Positions 34,592-48,233 of a stretch of DNA of 64,000 nt are shown here, in pieces; position 1 is the first letter of the stretch; the number at the start of each line of letters is the position of its first letter. A model generated the notes under the pieces. It ran no database searches, was not told the origin of the DNA, and was given only the letters and a program-made list of their open reading frames with translations. Source of the DNA: Rhina ancylostomus (lineage: Eukaryota); NCBI GenBank assembly GCA_030265395.1, contig JARFYF010000065.1, positions 11,017,692 to 11,081,691 on the forward strand, given 5' to 3'. The position numbers and the translations under genes are program-made.

Positions 34592-36539
34592 CTGCAAGAC
34601 AAAGCCAAATTTGGGGGGGTATTAAAGGGAAGGAATCATCAGCCACAGCTGTACTCGAGTGAGCTAGAAGGCTCCTCGTACTCTCTGCTGCTCCTGAGTG
34701 TGTGTCTGCCAGGTGTACACTCCACCTGCCCAATGTGTTCACAGAAACAAACAGCTAAGGAGAGGGGAATTTTGGTTGGTATTTATACCAGATAATTAGC
34801 CTGCACACTAATTGTTTGACTTCATCATTTATGGGACATTGGTATTGTTGTCCAGGACTAGAGGGCACAGTCTTAGAATTAGAGGGTACTGGTTTAAAAC
34901 AGAAAGGAGAAGTTTCTTCAGCCTGAGAGTCATGGACTTATAGAATTCTTTGCCACATCCNNNNNNNNNNNNNNNNNNNNNNNNNNNNNNNNNNNNNNNN
35001 NNNNNNNNNNNNNNNNNNNNNNNNNNNNNNNNNNNNNNNNNNNNNNNNNNNNNNNNNNNNNNNNNNNNNNNNGGAATAGTTTTAGTTTAGCTCATGGAGC
35101 AGACTCGATGGGCTGAATTGCCTACTTCTGCTCGTTTGTCTTGTGATCTTGTGAGTATTGATTACGCATTGCCACCTAGTCAGGAAAGGATGAACAAGGC
35201 CATTCAGCCCCTCATGTTTATTCAGTGATCTAACTCATTACACCCTCCATAAATAGAGGGTATATATTACTTGAAAATACCCTGCCATTTCCCTTTTTCC
35301 TTAGTACTTTTGGTTAATGAAAATCCATTGATTCTATATTTAAAATTGACAGCTGAGTCAGCAGTTGTTAAATTAATGAAACATGAAGCAGGACACAGCA
35401 GAGTTTGACTTACTGAGCTCGACTGGATCCCCGGAGGAAGGGCAATGATCGATTTGGCCCTCGTATCGAGAAGGTTGTGCTGAGATGCCTTCTTGAAACG
35501 CTGCAGTCCCTAAAGTGATGGTAATCCCACAAACGGATATTTCTAGAGTTAATTTTGGGATTGAGATGGGGGACGGTAAAGAAGAACTTCTATTTTTCTC
35601 TCTAGCAGTGATGCTGGATGAGTTTGTAGCAATGAATCGCAGTGGTTTCAATGAGTCTCGTATCCTCACAGTCATCATTTTATGTGAGTGTCTGAACAGG
35701 TAGTGAGCTATAGGACTTGCCCATCACTCTCATGGCTAAGATCTCGATATTTTCAACTGGTTTAAATATTCACAGTATATGATAAACTTTTAACTCATTG
35801 CCTTTGTGGAGCTATTGGGTTTTGGAGTGGAAGATTTCACCAACTTCTGTCCTCAATAACAGTGTGAAACACTTCCAGGTTTGGCAAAATGAGGGTTCAA
35901 ATTGGAGTTGTGCTCCCTCCCTCTCCATCACTGCCACAATCCACTTGTCTGCTGTTTCTCATTACTTCAGTGCCAATTTTAGCTCAATTATGTAAAAGAT
36001 CCCACAGCACTAGTCTAGAGAACACCATTGGGACTTTCCATATTGTCGTTCTAATCAACATTTCAAAAACTAACCATCAGGTTGTTGTTCGTAGGTTTCC
36101 TGTCCTAGAATGGCTCCACCACCACCTTCTGAAGGGCAGTTAGGGATGGACAATAAATGCTGGTTTCTCCAGCAACACATGCATCCATGGAAAATGAACA
36201 GTTAAGAACAAAACACCCGTAATATTTCCTACAACGCAAGTGACTACACTTCAAGAGGTACTTCATTGGGTGTAAAATCCTTTGGACGTCCTGAGGTTGT
36301 CAAAATTGCTACAGAATTGCATCTTTCCTTCTAGCTCCGTTACTTTTAGCCCATTGCACCCCACTAACAGACCATTCATTCTGACGAACAACATCAATAA
36401 CATGTATGCTACAGGAAGAATATGGTGTGTTTCACGACATACTACCCAATATGCATGAACAAAATGTTTAATCCTGAAATCACCTGCAGTTGTTTTCCTA
36501 TCTCCCCCTTCTCAGCACTCATACACTCCATCCAGATTT

Positions 36540-37100
36540 TAGAGTAATTTGCCTTAATTTCATTCTGTTTTGTATAATGTATTTATTGCTTTGCATGTGA
36601 GTTTCTTTGAAAAGGGGAGACCCAACACAGATTGGGTGATCACTTTGTGGAATCCATCCATTCAATATGTTATTATGACTCTGAGCTTCCAGTCACCTCT
36701 CTCCATCTCTGTCCCTGTTTTAAAGTTCTACACTGTTCCAATGAAGGGCAATGCAATCTAAAGTAACATCACCACATTTTTACAAGTAGGCACATTACAA
36801 TCTTCTGGATTCAACAATTTTGATTCTTCTTCCCCCATTTGCACTTCCTCCAGACTCCTCTGTTTCCGAACCTCACCCATTTTCACTTTATTCCATTCAA
36901 AAATTTAATCTCTCCTGCTCTGCCCACCCATTGCAAACCTTTTGCTTTGTTCTGTTCTCTGCTGCCCGCTTCCTCTGTACCTTATTTACCTCCAACTTTC
37001 CACAGTTCTGATGGAAGTTCATTGATCGGAAACAATTCTGTTTCTTTGTGCCTGTCCTGCAGAGCAGTTCCTGAATTCCCTGGACTATGATGTTTTGCAA
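36540..37100 (+). mobile_element. Penelope-like element fragment
   Basis: Parallels 31440-32170, including ctgagcttccagtcacct and a terminal ctgatggaagttcattgatcggaaac motif. Confidence 0.65.
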
Positions 37101-39344
37101 TGTTGCATACAACAAAACATGTGCCATTCAATGAGAACATAGCTGACTTCTACCTCACGGTCAGTTTCCCATACTAACCCCATATCTCTTGTTTCCATCA
37201 GTATCTAAAAATCTATCATCTCTATCTTGAATATACTAAAGTCTTCACAGTCCTCTTGGGTAGAGAATTCCAAAGATTCTGTATCCCCAGATGCAGAAAT
37301 TGCTGATTATCTCTGTTCTGAATGTCCAATGACTGACTTTAATACTGTCTCGCCAGGTTCTCGGCACTGGAGCCCATTCCTCATCTACCTTGTCAAGCCC
37401 CCAGTTTGTATGTTTCAATAGATCTTGATGTCTACTGTCCCTCTCTCTAGCTCACCCGCCTTCTCCCCATGACCAGCAATGCCCACCTGATGTTGGTAAA
37501 TAACCAATGTAAAGTTATGAATCAGAAAGCATATGAATGTTATCCTGGTCAACACCTTCCCCACACTCAACACCAGCAGGAACAGCCACCTTCTATCATA
37601 TGTATATAAAGTAACTCTCATATTTGCCTGCATCACAACATTCAATGCATTTCAAAGTACCTCACACCATCTGTAGCACTTTGGTATGTTTCCAAGAGAT
37701 GTGACAAGGTGCTATATAAATGCAAGTCTTTAAATAAGAAAAGAATGCCATAAAGAATCTCAGTCGTGTTAGATAACTAGATTAGCCAGCACTCAGCATT
37801 TCAACATTTGATACTGCTTGATGATATCTCAGATAACTGATTAAGAAACCATTCCAAATGTGCAACGACCAACTTGCACTAGGTTGTAGAAAGCAGATAT
37901 TGTCTAAAATATCCAGACTTAAGATGACTGCAAACGACACAGCTTATGGAGAAATGCTAATTTTTAATTAGTGGCATTCACCATTATCATTCAATAACTC
38001 TGGCATTTTTCTGCATGTGTTGAATAATTCAGAAATCCCAGCATTGCTCTGAGTGATTGAACGGTCCTTTATGGGCTGTGTTGTTTCCAGCCTTCTGCAC
38101 TGCCATCAAGGCAAGTCACCGGGAATTTGCAAACTAGACCCACAGTAAAACGTTGCACTTGAGCCCAAACTGAAGTTGTAATAACGTCCTAATCCCAGAT
38201 CCCGCTAGGCAAAGTATCAGGCCCGAAAATCCAATTTTAAGTAACAAGCTGCTGGAACAACTCAGCGGGTCAATCAGCATTCATGAGGGGTGGGGGGAAG
38301 GGGAGAAATTGTTGATGTTTCGGGTCGAGACCCTGCAGCAGGACATGATATAGGGTTTTGACCTGAAATGTGTACAATTCTTTCCCCTCCCAGAGATGCT
38401 GCTCAACCTGCTGAACTCCTCCAGCAAATAGTGTGTTGCTTCAGATTCGAGCATCTGCAGTCTCTTGTGTCTCCAATTTTATGTGGATTTTAATTCCCTT
38501 ACATACAAAATAAAGAATTTTAAAAAAGAAACTTTGTCAATGATATTTCAACATGCCCATAAGGGTTGTTCCAGAATTTATTCTGTCCTCTGTAAAATGC
38601 TTTAAATTTTAATAAAACATTGTGTTTTTGTTATAAAAACAGAAAATGCCGGGATACTCAGCAGGTCAGATGAAGTGTCACTGAATTGAAATGTTAAATC
38701 TGCTTCTCTCTCCACAGATGCTGCCTGATCTGTTGGGTATCCCAGGGATTTTTGCTTCTATTTTAGATTTCCAGTGTATGTGTTGTTTTGCTTTGATTTG
38801 AACCTTTTGTGGGGTGTGAGAATTCTTTATTGGCTAGCGAGTCAGCTTCCACTTATAATGACACAGGGGAGTCCATTTAGCCCATGAGTCCATGCCAGCT
38901 CCTGGGGTAGGAAACTTATTAGTTCCATTACCCTGCTCCCTATTTGCTGTTTAACTTAACTAACACATGCCCGTCAATTCCCCTTTGATTCTTTGGGCCG
39001 ATAACCTACACTAAAGGACTTGATCACATCACAGCCACTGAGCATCAGGGATTGCATTGAATTTATACCGATGGAAATCCATGCCAGATCGTTGTGGGCA
39101 AGTTTTTACTGAGGTCAGAAGTGTGCCCTGTTACCTCATGACTGACCATAAATTCTGGGTCATCTAATTCAATGTGCTTGGCAGCAGAAGCCATTGTATT
39201 CAGAGGTGCTCTTAATGGGCTGGTCTCGAACTGGATTCAGGTGTGGATGGCCACTCTTCGCCTGACACAAAAGTGAATAACCACAAGGCAATAAAGAGTA
39301 CTAATTAACTCTGTGATACCAAGTAATGTTTTGACAACCTGTAC

Positions 39345-39480
39345 CTGAGAGTTTGGCCGACTGTCTTCTATCTCCTCCGATCGACCCCTTTCGGGACTCC
39401 ACGCTCCCGTCTGCTGAAACATTTTTTGAGCTCGATCCGTGACCCAAGATTGACTCTCCTTCATTATCCCATCTTGTGGT
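39345..39480 (-). CDS. CACNA1A: CACNA1A exon 42
   Basis: aag|A CCA CAA GAT...TCT CAG|gtacag; 136 nt; [45 protein letters not shown]. Confidence 0.95.
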
Positions 39481-42400
39481 CTTTGGGCAGAGGAATCAAG
39501 TATTTAGTAAAGACATCAGTACACACAGTGATGAAAATAGTCAGTTCTAGGCAGAACACCTAAGTAAATCACCTTGCCTGTGAGGTATTAAATAGTAGCT
39601 TGTGTCAGATCTTCAGGGAGCAATAGTCTGCCCTTCTACACTGGAACATGGAAACTGATTTAAAGAGGTGTGGCACTTCAGACTGAGGTTTCTCAGGGTA
39701 ACATCCATAGCAACAAATGGGCAGGAAAGGATATGCAAAATATATTTAAGGAAAGGTACTTTTCTAAAATATGNNNNNNNNNNNCACTGCACAGAACATG
39801 TAGCTGATCAATGATTGACACCCTGTGGTTTGTCAAGGTGAGGGTTGTGAGTGCCAAACACTGTGGCATTTTCTTAGTTCCCATCTGATACCGATAGAAG
39901 TGTACAAATGGTTTGTAAAGCACTGTTCTCCAGCCAGTCTCTGAGGAGAATGCCCAATTACACATCATTTCCCAAAGGCCACCTCTGTTGCCCGGTGCAT
40001 CACATGAGGTGGTAGCTTTCATCCTGCATAGATGGAGGTGGATTTCTGACTCCACTTCATTGCCTTCAAGCAACCACTCTTGTAAGGTTCACTGCAAAGA
40101 GGATGTGGGCAAGGTTGTGTCCGTGTATGTCTACATATGTGCACTAACTTCTTGCAGCAGGACCTCATCTCCATCTGTCCTGGATCTTTTTGCCATTTGG
40201 ACCAAGACCTTACCCTGTCCAAATTGTGTTGTAACTGGTGTGCAATGGCCACCCCATGTTAAAGGAATTCATGCAAAGGGGTCCTCCTTTATTCAGAGCT
40301 GAGTGAAAGCAACTCAACTCTGATCCCAAGGGACTGTCTGAGAAGAAGACCCGTGTGCAGTGGATCCTTCCTCAACATTACCACCTCCGTTGCCCTCCCT
40401 AGCTCCAGCTTTCACCCTCTTCCTAATTCTTGTACAACCCACCATCAGTATCATTCATCGGGAATTGGCTTTCCACACTCTGCTTTTCCCCACCCACATC
40501 CCCAGTGAGACTGAATCAGACTGCAAACAACGTCATCATTTTACCTCATCGACAGTCAAGTCCAAATCCCTTTTGCAATTCGCTTATCATCTCCTCTTCC
40601 CTGACTTGCTAGTCACTGCTGCCAAGACTCTTGGCCCCATGCTGTTGTTGCTGTGAGATCTGACTCCTGCTTTCTGGACCTGCACAACCTAGGAGCACCA
40701 GAACAGTTCAATAGGTCCTCCATCACTACCCACATCCCATTCTCACTGACCTATAGTGCCATCTGGTCCCCACCAAAAAAAAATAAATTGTCCTCTTCCT
40801 CAACTATACATCCCTCCACTGTCCACTTTAACTGTACAAGTTGCTTTAGCCTTCCAGGTCCTCTCACACTCTGTTGTTTTTGTTTCTCTCCCCAAACTTT
40901 GGCTCCATCAGTAATCATCAGTATTTCTTATTGTCTCATTCCCTTCCCCAGACTTAAAGCTCAGTCTAATTCATGGCAGCCCTGTAGGCAACTCTGCCAG
41001 GCAATGTGATGTGGTGTGAGGTACATTATAACTGGTGCCTATGAACTACTAAGGTGAGAGCAGTTGGTATGGTAGCATTGTGTTTTGTGTTTACTGGATT
41101 AGTAATCCATTAGTTTGGACTGAAATCCTGAGGAAAGTGAAGTTAGTTGGTTAAGTAATTTTTTTAAGGAACTGATATCAGTAAAACTAACTGGGGAAGT
41201 TATTTTTTGAAGAAACACATCTAGTTCACTGATGTCCCTCAGGAAGGAAACCTGCCATCCTTACCCAATCTCGATACTAACTCCAGACCTATCCCGTGTG
41301 ATTGACTCTAATTGGACGAGCAAGCCAACCAATCAGCAAGGAGGCAGCACACCACCATCTCAAGAGCAACTTTGAATGCACAATGCTGGGCTTACCAATG
41401 GCACCAATGAATAAAAATACAGATCCTTCCTGGGTTACAAGTGCCCGACTTATGTGCAGCCCATACATATGAACATGTGTTTGTGAAACCAGCGGGATGG
41501 ATTTACCAGCTGCTGTTGGGCTGCAGACATCTTCTGCTGTGTGGGAACTTGTTGCATCTTGCAGAGAAATTTGAATGGTTGAGTTAAACGCCCTGGTTTA
41601 ACTGCACTTTGCCTTCAGTTGGCTTATGTTTTTACTTAAATATATTGCTGGACGGCCGCATTTCCGACTTGTGAACTGTTTGGGTTACAGACAGTTCTCA
41701 GGAATGGAACCCGGTTGTAATTTTGGGAGAACCTGTATTATAATTGGTGATACGAGTAGAAAAACACATGCTCGAAAGGCATTCTTCAGTTTAGTATATT
41801 TAGTCTCCTATTTCTATGCAAATGTTTATTTACATATATTTCCTACATTTTTGCAATAACTACACTTTGAGTATTTCATTGGCTGGGATGCAGTGAATGG
41901 CAATAAATAAATGCACCAGCTTTTTATTATTAAGCATGCACACTTAAAGGGTTGCATTAGTAAAGAAGAGGACTGAGTGTCTCCAACTGAGACTATGAGG
42001 AAATTGTGAAATCAGTATCACTATCTTAATCAGGGAGGAGAATAATGAAAACTCATCCCTCTGGCACACTAATTATTTGGGTCTGTTATTGGATTCATAC
42101 TACCTCTTTCTTTGTTGGGAAGGTTTGGATGATTTGAAAGCAAAGAGGAGAATTTTCAACTCCACCTGCTTGGGGAGCCAGTCCAAAACACATGGATAGG
42201 ATTGATGGGAAAGCAGTTGACAGGATTTTTGTTTATTCCCTCATAAGGTCTCAAGGCCCGATTTTGAAGTTTGTGCCTAACTATCCTTGAATTGAATGGT
42301 TTTCTGGGCGAATTTAGAGACAACCACACACATGCAGACCATTCCCTAAAGGACCTTAGTAAGTAAGATGGTTTTTGTGACAACTAAGTAGTTTCGTGCA

Positions 42401-44340
42401 CAAACATTGGAGGTCGGCCCCTCTGGGTACCATAGCAGAGGATTGTCATTGACTGTGGAACCAATCTTGGAACTTCTGCTTTTAGCTAACCCTAAGCCTC
42501 TGGCAACCATAACAGCATCCAGTTACGCAGCACTTTCAACAATTCCTGGTGGGACTCAGGCCAACATCGGCACTCTGCCAACTGACACCCATGGTGTCAA
42601 CATCCACACGAGGTATCCACACACTAGAGAGAAAGGCTATGGAGTTAGGATAAGACATAGAGGATGGGAGAAGGTTCGTGTGGAGCATTAAACATTATGA
42701 ACAATTGGTCTAAATGTGTGTTACTGCACTGTAAATTCCGTGCAATGGTTTGAGATTTGATTCCAATTAATCCAAGAAGAACATTCGGAAAGGTGGAGCT
42801 GTATCCGGATATGGACTGACTCAATCCCTACAATCTCAATGGCAAGATGCACTACCTTGGGTTAAACTCAAATGATTCTGAAGAAGTTGCTCAGAGCGAT
42901 ATGCTCTGGAACATTAAAGTATGTCTCCTGCAGTGACATTGTTCAGCATATTACTGAGCAAATGTGGAAATTTTTGAAGCAATTATGTCTTCAAAGGCCT
43001 CCTGCAGCTAATAGTTAGAAACTGAGAACATTTTATGTGAATCTTGTCAGGAAGTAAGTAACTTTAACCTCACAGGCACAAGTGGCCTCATTCTCAATCT
43101 TGTTTGTCCAGTAAAGTCAATCACTACATTCTCAGTTTGAGATTTTGATGACCCAATCAATTAATGGATTAAAGGAGCAAAAAAATTACAAAGTTTGGGA
43201 AAAATGGGATGGTGGATAATTGGAACTCACTCCTGCAGGGAGTGGAGGACGTGAATTGCGAAAATGTATCAGAGGAGAAGCAGGATAAACACTCACGGGA
43301 GAAAATAAAGGGATATATTGATGGGTGAGATGAACAGGGGTAGGAAGAAGCTCATGAGCATTAAAGAGTGTGGAATTGTCTGAATCCTCTGATATTGAAT
43401 ATCTATTCGAATTAACTCAGTAAGAAAATTTAGAAGTGTTGATTAAACAAAGGAGGGTTATGGGCTGTGTAGGAGGGAAGGGTTAGATTGATCATGGGGT
43501 AGGTTTATATACAGTAAGTTGGCACAACGTTGTGGGCTGAAGGGCCCGTACTGTGCTGTACTGGTCTATGGTCTATGTTCTATGTTTAAAGTCCAACATC
43601 ATAACATGTGGAATTGGATTCTTGGGCAGGAATCAAATAATAGTCAGTCTGAACTTGAAATGGTACTCAGTAACCCACCGAGAACAAATCCCAAGCTCAA
43701 CTCGGGACCCACAAATTAGACACAGTACAAATCCCAATCTGATTATGTACCTGTACCTAAACCTAAGTTTGGATGGGATAATACACACAACTTCAATTGG
43801 AGATTTAGTGTCCTAATGAAACAAAGAAACTCAATCCAAAATGCCAATCACAGAGGACAATTACAAGTACTATTCTCAACTATCATACCTGGACTTAATT
43901 CACGGTTTTGATAGATAGAGCTTAGGTTTCTCCTCATAGTGAACTCAGTGGAGATAACTGTCAGGGACTAGATGAGTGAGAGTTAGGAACAAATATCCTT
44001 TTTACCTTCTAGCCCGTGGATCCCGCAGAAGGTCAGATAAAAAGTGATATCAATCATATGAGAGTAGATTGGCTCACCCTCCTGACCCTTGAGGTGGAAG
44101 AAAGCAAAACTAAAGGAATAAGTTACAGCCATAAACTTTAAGAGTACACATAATTTACACATTTCACTGACTGACATTAAACTAGTGATTCTTCTGCACA
44201 ACAGTTCCAGTAGGGATTTGCTGGGAGTTTGCGATGAACCCAATGACCCACTCTCAAGTTTGCAGCATCTAATCCTCTTGGCCTGTTAGATCCACAGATT
44301 ACACCACTTTATGAATTAACTCATTGGCATTGGAACTTAC

Positions 44341-44450
44341 AGGGCATTCCCAGATACATGCTGCTGCTCCGGCAAAGCGCTCTGCCCTGGATCCATCTCC
44401 TGGTTAGGTGACGGTGGCTCCATGCGCTGAAATAGTAATGGCGTTCGATT
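44341..44450 (-). CDS. CACNA1A: CACNA1A exon 41
   Basis: cacag|AAT CGA ACG...GCC CT|gtaagt; 110 nt; [37 protein letters not shown]. Confidence 0.95.
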
Positions 44451-45426
44451 CTGTGTGAGATATAACATGGCCTAGAGCTGGCATCAGACAGACTTATGGG
44501 AATGAAGATATCAGATTCAGAATGTGATGTCGAAAGAAGATTCATTTACTTCCCAGGTCACTCCAGATTCTGGGAAAAAGAAGGTCATTTAACACCGTGG
44601 CTCTGCGAGAACTAATTTGTCTGATTCATACCCCAAAAATACTTATAAAATACTGCTTATAAATATCATAACATAACAAGGAAACAGATCATTTTCAGTC
44701 AAATACTTTCAAAATGCTTTGGGAAAAGTGATTGTTTGTGTTTACATTTTTGATCCAAAAATTCAAGTTGAGTCATTCTGGGGGGTGGGCTTAAGCTGAG
44801 GTGGTGGGATGTCTGAGTGTGTCTAGGGCTAGGGAGAGGGACAATTCGATCAGACTGAAGGCCAGATACTTCTCTTCCCCTGGGAAGAGCTGCCCGTGCA
44901 AACCTCACATAAGCGACTTTCAGACTTCAGAACAACTGGCAGAAGGAGAGAAAGAGTTAGGAAAAAAATATACCTGAAGAATATGTCTCCTTAAAAACAT
45001 CAACCATTGTATATTCTTAAAGATAAGATAGCCTCCAAAGGAATAATGTTGCAGAAAAGGTTACATCATGTTTGACAGACTGACTAGAGGCAGAATTCAA
45101 ATCCCACCTGGGGAACTTAATATCTATTAAATACATCTCACATAAAATGTCAGTAATGGTGAGCATGAAACTAGCAAGTTGTTGTAAAATCCCATCTTGT
45201 TCAATGCTCCCTTTACTCTCTGGACAAGGAAATTACCAGTCTGACATGGTTTGGCCTAAACGTTACTCCAGACCCAAAACTATCTGACTGATTCTTTATT
45301 GGCCTGTGAAGCAGAGGATAGGCAAGAAATGTTGCCCTTGCCACAGGCACCCGCATCCCATGATTAACTTTGAAAAAGGTTGTCATTATCAATGGAACAA
45401 AAATTGCTCCAACTAGATAAAAAAAT

Positions 45427-45573
45427 TGCTGGAGGAACTCAGCAGGTCAGGCAGCATCTGTAGAGGGAAATGGACAATTGCTGTTTTGGGTCGAGAACCT
45501 ATTCCTGGACCCAATATGCTGACTGTCCATTTCCTTCCACGGATGCTGCCTGACCTGCTGAGTTCCTCCAGCA
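45427..45573. repeat. Palindromic Penelope-terminus-derived element (about 50-bp inverted arms)
   Basis: Arms tgctggaggaactcagcaggtcaggcagcatctgtagagggaaatggaca and tgtccatttccttccacggatgctgcctgacctgctgagttcctccagca, with 3 mismatches. Related copies at about 15840-16015, 26510-26720, 34000-34210 and 38245-38475. Confidence 0.85.
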
Positions 45574-48132
45574 GTTTGTATTTTTTTGCTTCAGATTCCA
45601 GCATCTGCAGTCTCTTGTGTCTCCATGTTGCAACTAGATATTTAGTAAAGACTAACTTACAACATATTGACCTATTCTGTTCCTCTGGTTAGTTATGGAC
45701 ACTGTTGCCATTCCCTTTTGCAGGAAGAAGTGGGAGTAACCATTATCCCCACTGTTAGGGTGAGGACAGGAGTATTCACCTCACACCAATCTAACAGCCC
45801 TTCCTAGCAGGTGACTTCCTAGCAGAACAACAGTGGAAGTGGGCCATTAGCAAGTCATCCACCCATTGACTCAGGACTCAGGATAACTAAGCAAAGTTGA
45901 AATGGGATACAATTGACTCCTGGAATCCCTCTGTGCTTCTACAATTCATTGGAAGATGCTCCTCAGTAATTAAAATTTGATAAATGTCTTAAGTTTGCCT
46001 TTGGAGGATTTCACAAGGTACTGACAAATTCAATGTTAAATGACCATCCTGAGTAAATGAATATCATCTGAACCCAAAGCATTCATTAAAAAAAAATCAT
46101 GCGGGTAACTAGCATCTCTTCAGTGCTTTGAAGGCAAGATGCAGAAACGAAATCCGGGGTAAACCTTTCTCCATCATTTTCGGAACATTCTTTGAGATGA
46201 GATACCCTTTTTGATTGACCACGTAGGTTGGCAAAAACAAACAGAACCATCGATGTGGAAGACCATAACTTGGCATAAAACTCCCTTCCAAATGCCTCTT
46301 ACCAATGAGCCAGAGTGAACTGACAAATGGCCCAGGCGAAGACAGCTCTAATACTGGAACAACTTAGATTAATCAACTAACAATTGAGATTCCAAACTGT
46401 AATAACAGCTTCATTTGCAGAAAATTGGTTCGGCAATCTCAAAAAAATTTTGGTCACTTACAAACAATGTTTCACTTTGACATCTAAGGTCTGAATCTAC
46501 CTTAAACATTGTCAAAAGTGGCTTGTAATAATAAGCCAGTAGCAGGATTCACCAGACCAGTACTTGTACACATTGGGCAATATCTATAACTGGGAGAGAA
46601 GTTCAGCTTGTTTGTTAAGCTGATCACTCCACTTCCCCTTCTGCTGAAGGCACTGACTTGCATCATGTAGCTATATGTTGGAGCTTACTGTGCACAGACT
46701 GGGTGTGAGCTTCAAATCCAAGAGTGACCACAATTTGAAGTACTTAATTGACTGTAAAGCACTTTGGCACGTCCAGGACGGGATGTGAAAGATGCTTTAG
46801 GTATACAAGTCTTCCTTTAGGAGAATTTACAGCCATTTGCTTCAATGTGTTTTAAGTATAAATAATGCTTCATGTTGTTGAACACATTTTAAAAGCTTGG
46901 TGTCCTCAGTCGTAACACTGGTTATTGATGGAGGACTTTAACACCATATGGGCAGTGCACTGATTTATGGCAGTAATTGGCCCAGTCTCACACATGTACA
47001 CTACGTGAGGTCACAAAGTATTCAAAGTAAATGGGATCCTGATGTAGAAGACATTAACTACAGAAAACAAACCAGTGGGAAATACATGGAAAATCCACAA
47101 GCACCAATATCCCGAGAAAATTCAGGAGTTCTATAAACAATGGACGTTCACAAACTTAACAACACTCGAAGCTCAACACCAGCCAGAACAAAGCAGATTG
47201 CTTGACTGACACCCCAGCTACCACCCTAAACATTTGCTTCCTCCACCACTAGCACACCATGAAAAAAAATCTTTAAAGTACAAACATTCATTCAGTATAT
47301 TTAACTCCAGCCTAAGGATCTGGAGGCATGTTGAGAATTATCTTCAATGACATCTAACTATGGATCCTCAGAAGCAATAAATCTTCAGATTTTTCCCCGG
47401 TTGACTGTATTAAACATGGTGTACACTGGTGGCTGTGTATCTATTCTAATGGAGACAATAGAACTGAATTTCAGCAGTAGAGTATAATGCACAGCTGCTA
47501 CCATTTTGTGCGTTCATTGCACTGTTTGAAGTCAAATTTCTGCCCCAGTCTTTGAGTCTTGTTCCCTTTGCATCTCAATGTCCTGATATCAACTGATGCT
47601 TGTGCTGCAATGTAGTTCTGCACTTGGATTGACCCACGTTCAAACCTTCAGGCCCACAGAGAGGTCAAACACCACAAACCTGCCAGTATCAGATAGAAGC
47701 GTGAAGAGAGGCCAGATAGGAGGCTTGAATGACACATGCTCCGTGGCTTGGATACCCCAGATTTGCTAAGATGCAAAAATAACCAGGCTGGAAGCTCAAC
47801 ATTGCCAAAGGAAAGTTCCATTCTCTGCTATAGTNNNNNNNNNNNNNNNNNNNNNNNNNNNNNNNNNNNNNNNNNNNNNNNNNNNNNNNNNNNNNNNNNN
47901 NNNNNNNNNNNNNNNNNNNNNNNNNNNNNNNNNNTAGTGACATCTAACGTGAAGACCAATGAATGGGAATGTGCAAGAAGCAAACATCACAAAGCAAAAT
48001 TGTAAGCCGAGCAAATTAAGGAAAGCTTTGTTCTTTCTCTGGGTGAGTCTTTGTTTTGCATTTCTCTTTTTTTTGGGCGTTGCTGTCTGATAGGGTTTGT
48101 GATTGAATGGAAGCTCTCTGCTACACTAGTAC

Positions 48133-48233
48133 CTGCTCCTCATGGAGTAGCTGGAGCTTTTTGGCTTTGCTCTGCCGGTAGTATTCCATGATCATCATGG
48201 CCGCGTAGATCTTCCCTACCGTGAGATCCGTAG
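48133..48233 (-). CDS. CACNA1A: CACNA1A exon 40 (IQ-like calmodulin-binding motif)
   Basis: cctgcag|CT ACG GAT CTC...GAG CAG|gtacta; 101 nt; [33 protein letters not shown]. Confidence 0.97.

Noticed and set aside
34592-34725. Possible upstream alternative acceptor extending exon 43
   Set aside because: Adds 134 nt with an in-frame TGA at 34641-34639, and there is no homology or transcript evidence.
39338-39344. Second GT 6 nt downstream of the exon 42 donor
   Set aside because: Weak consensus (gttgtc); cannot be supported without reads.
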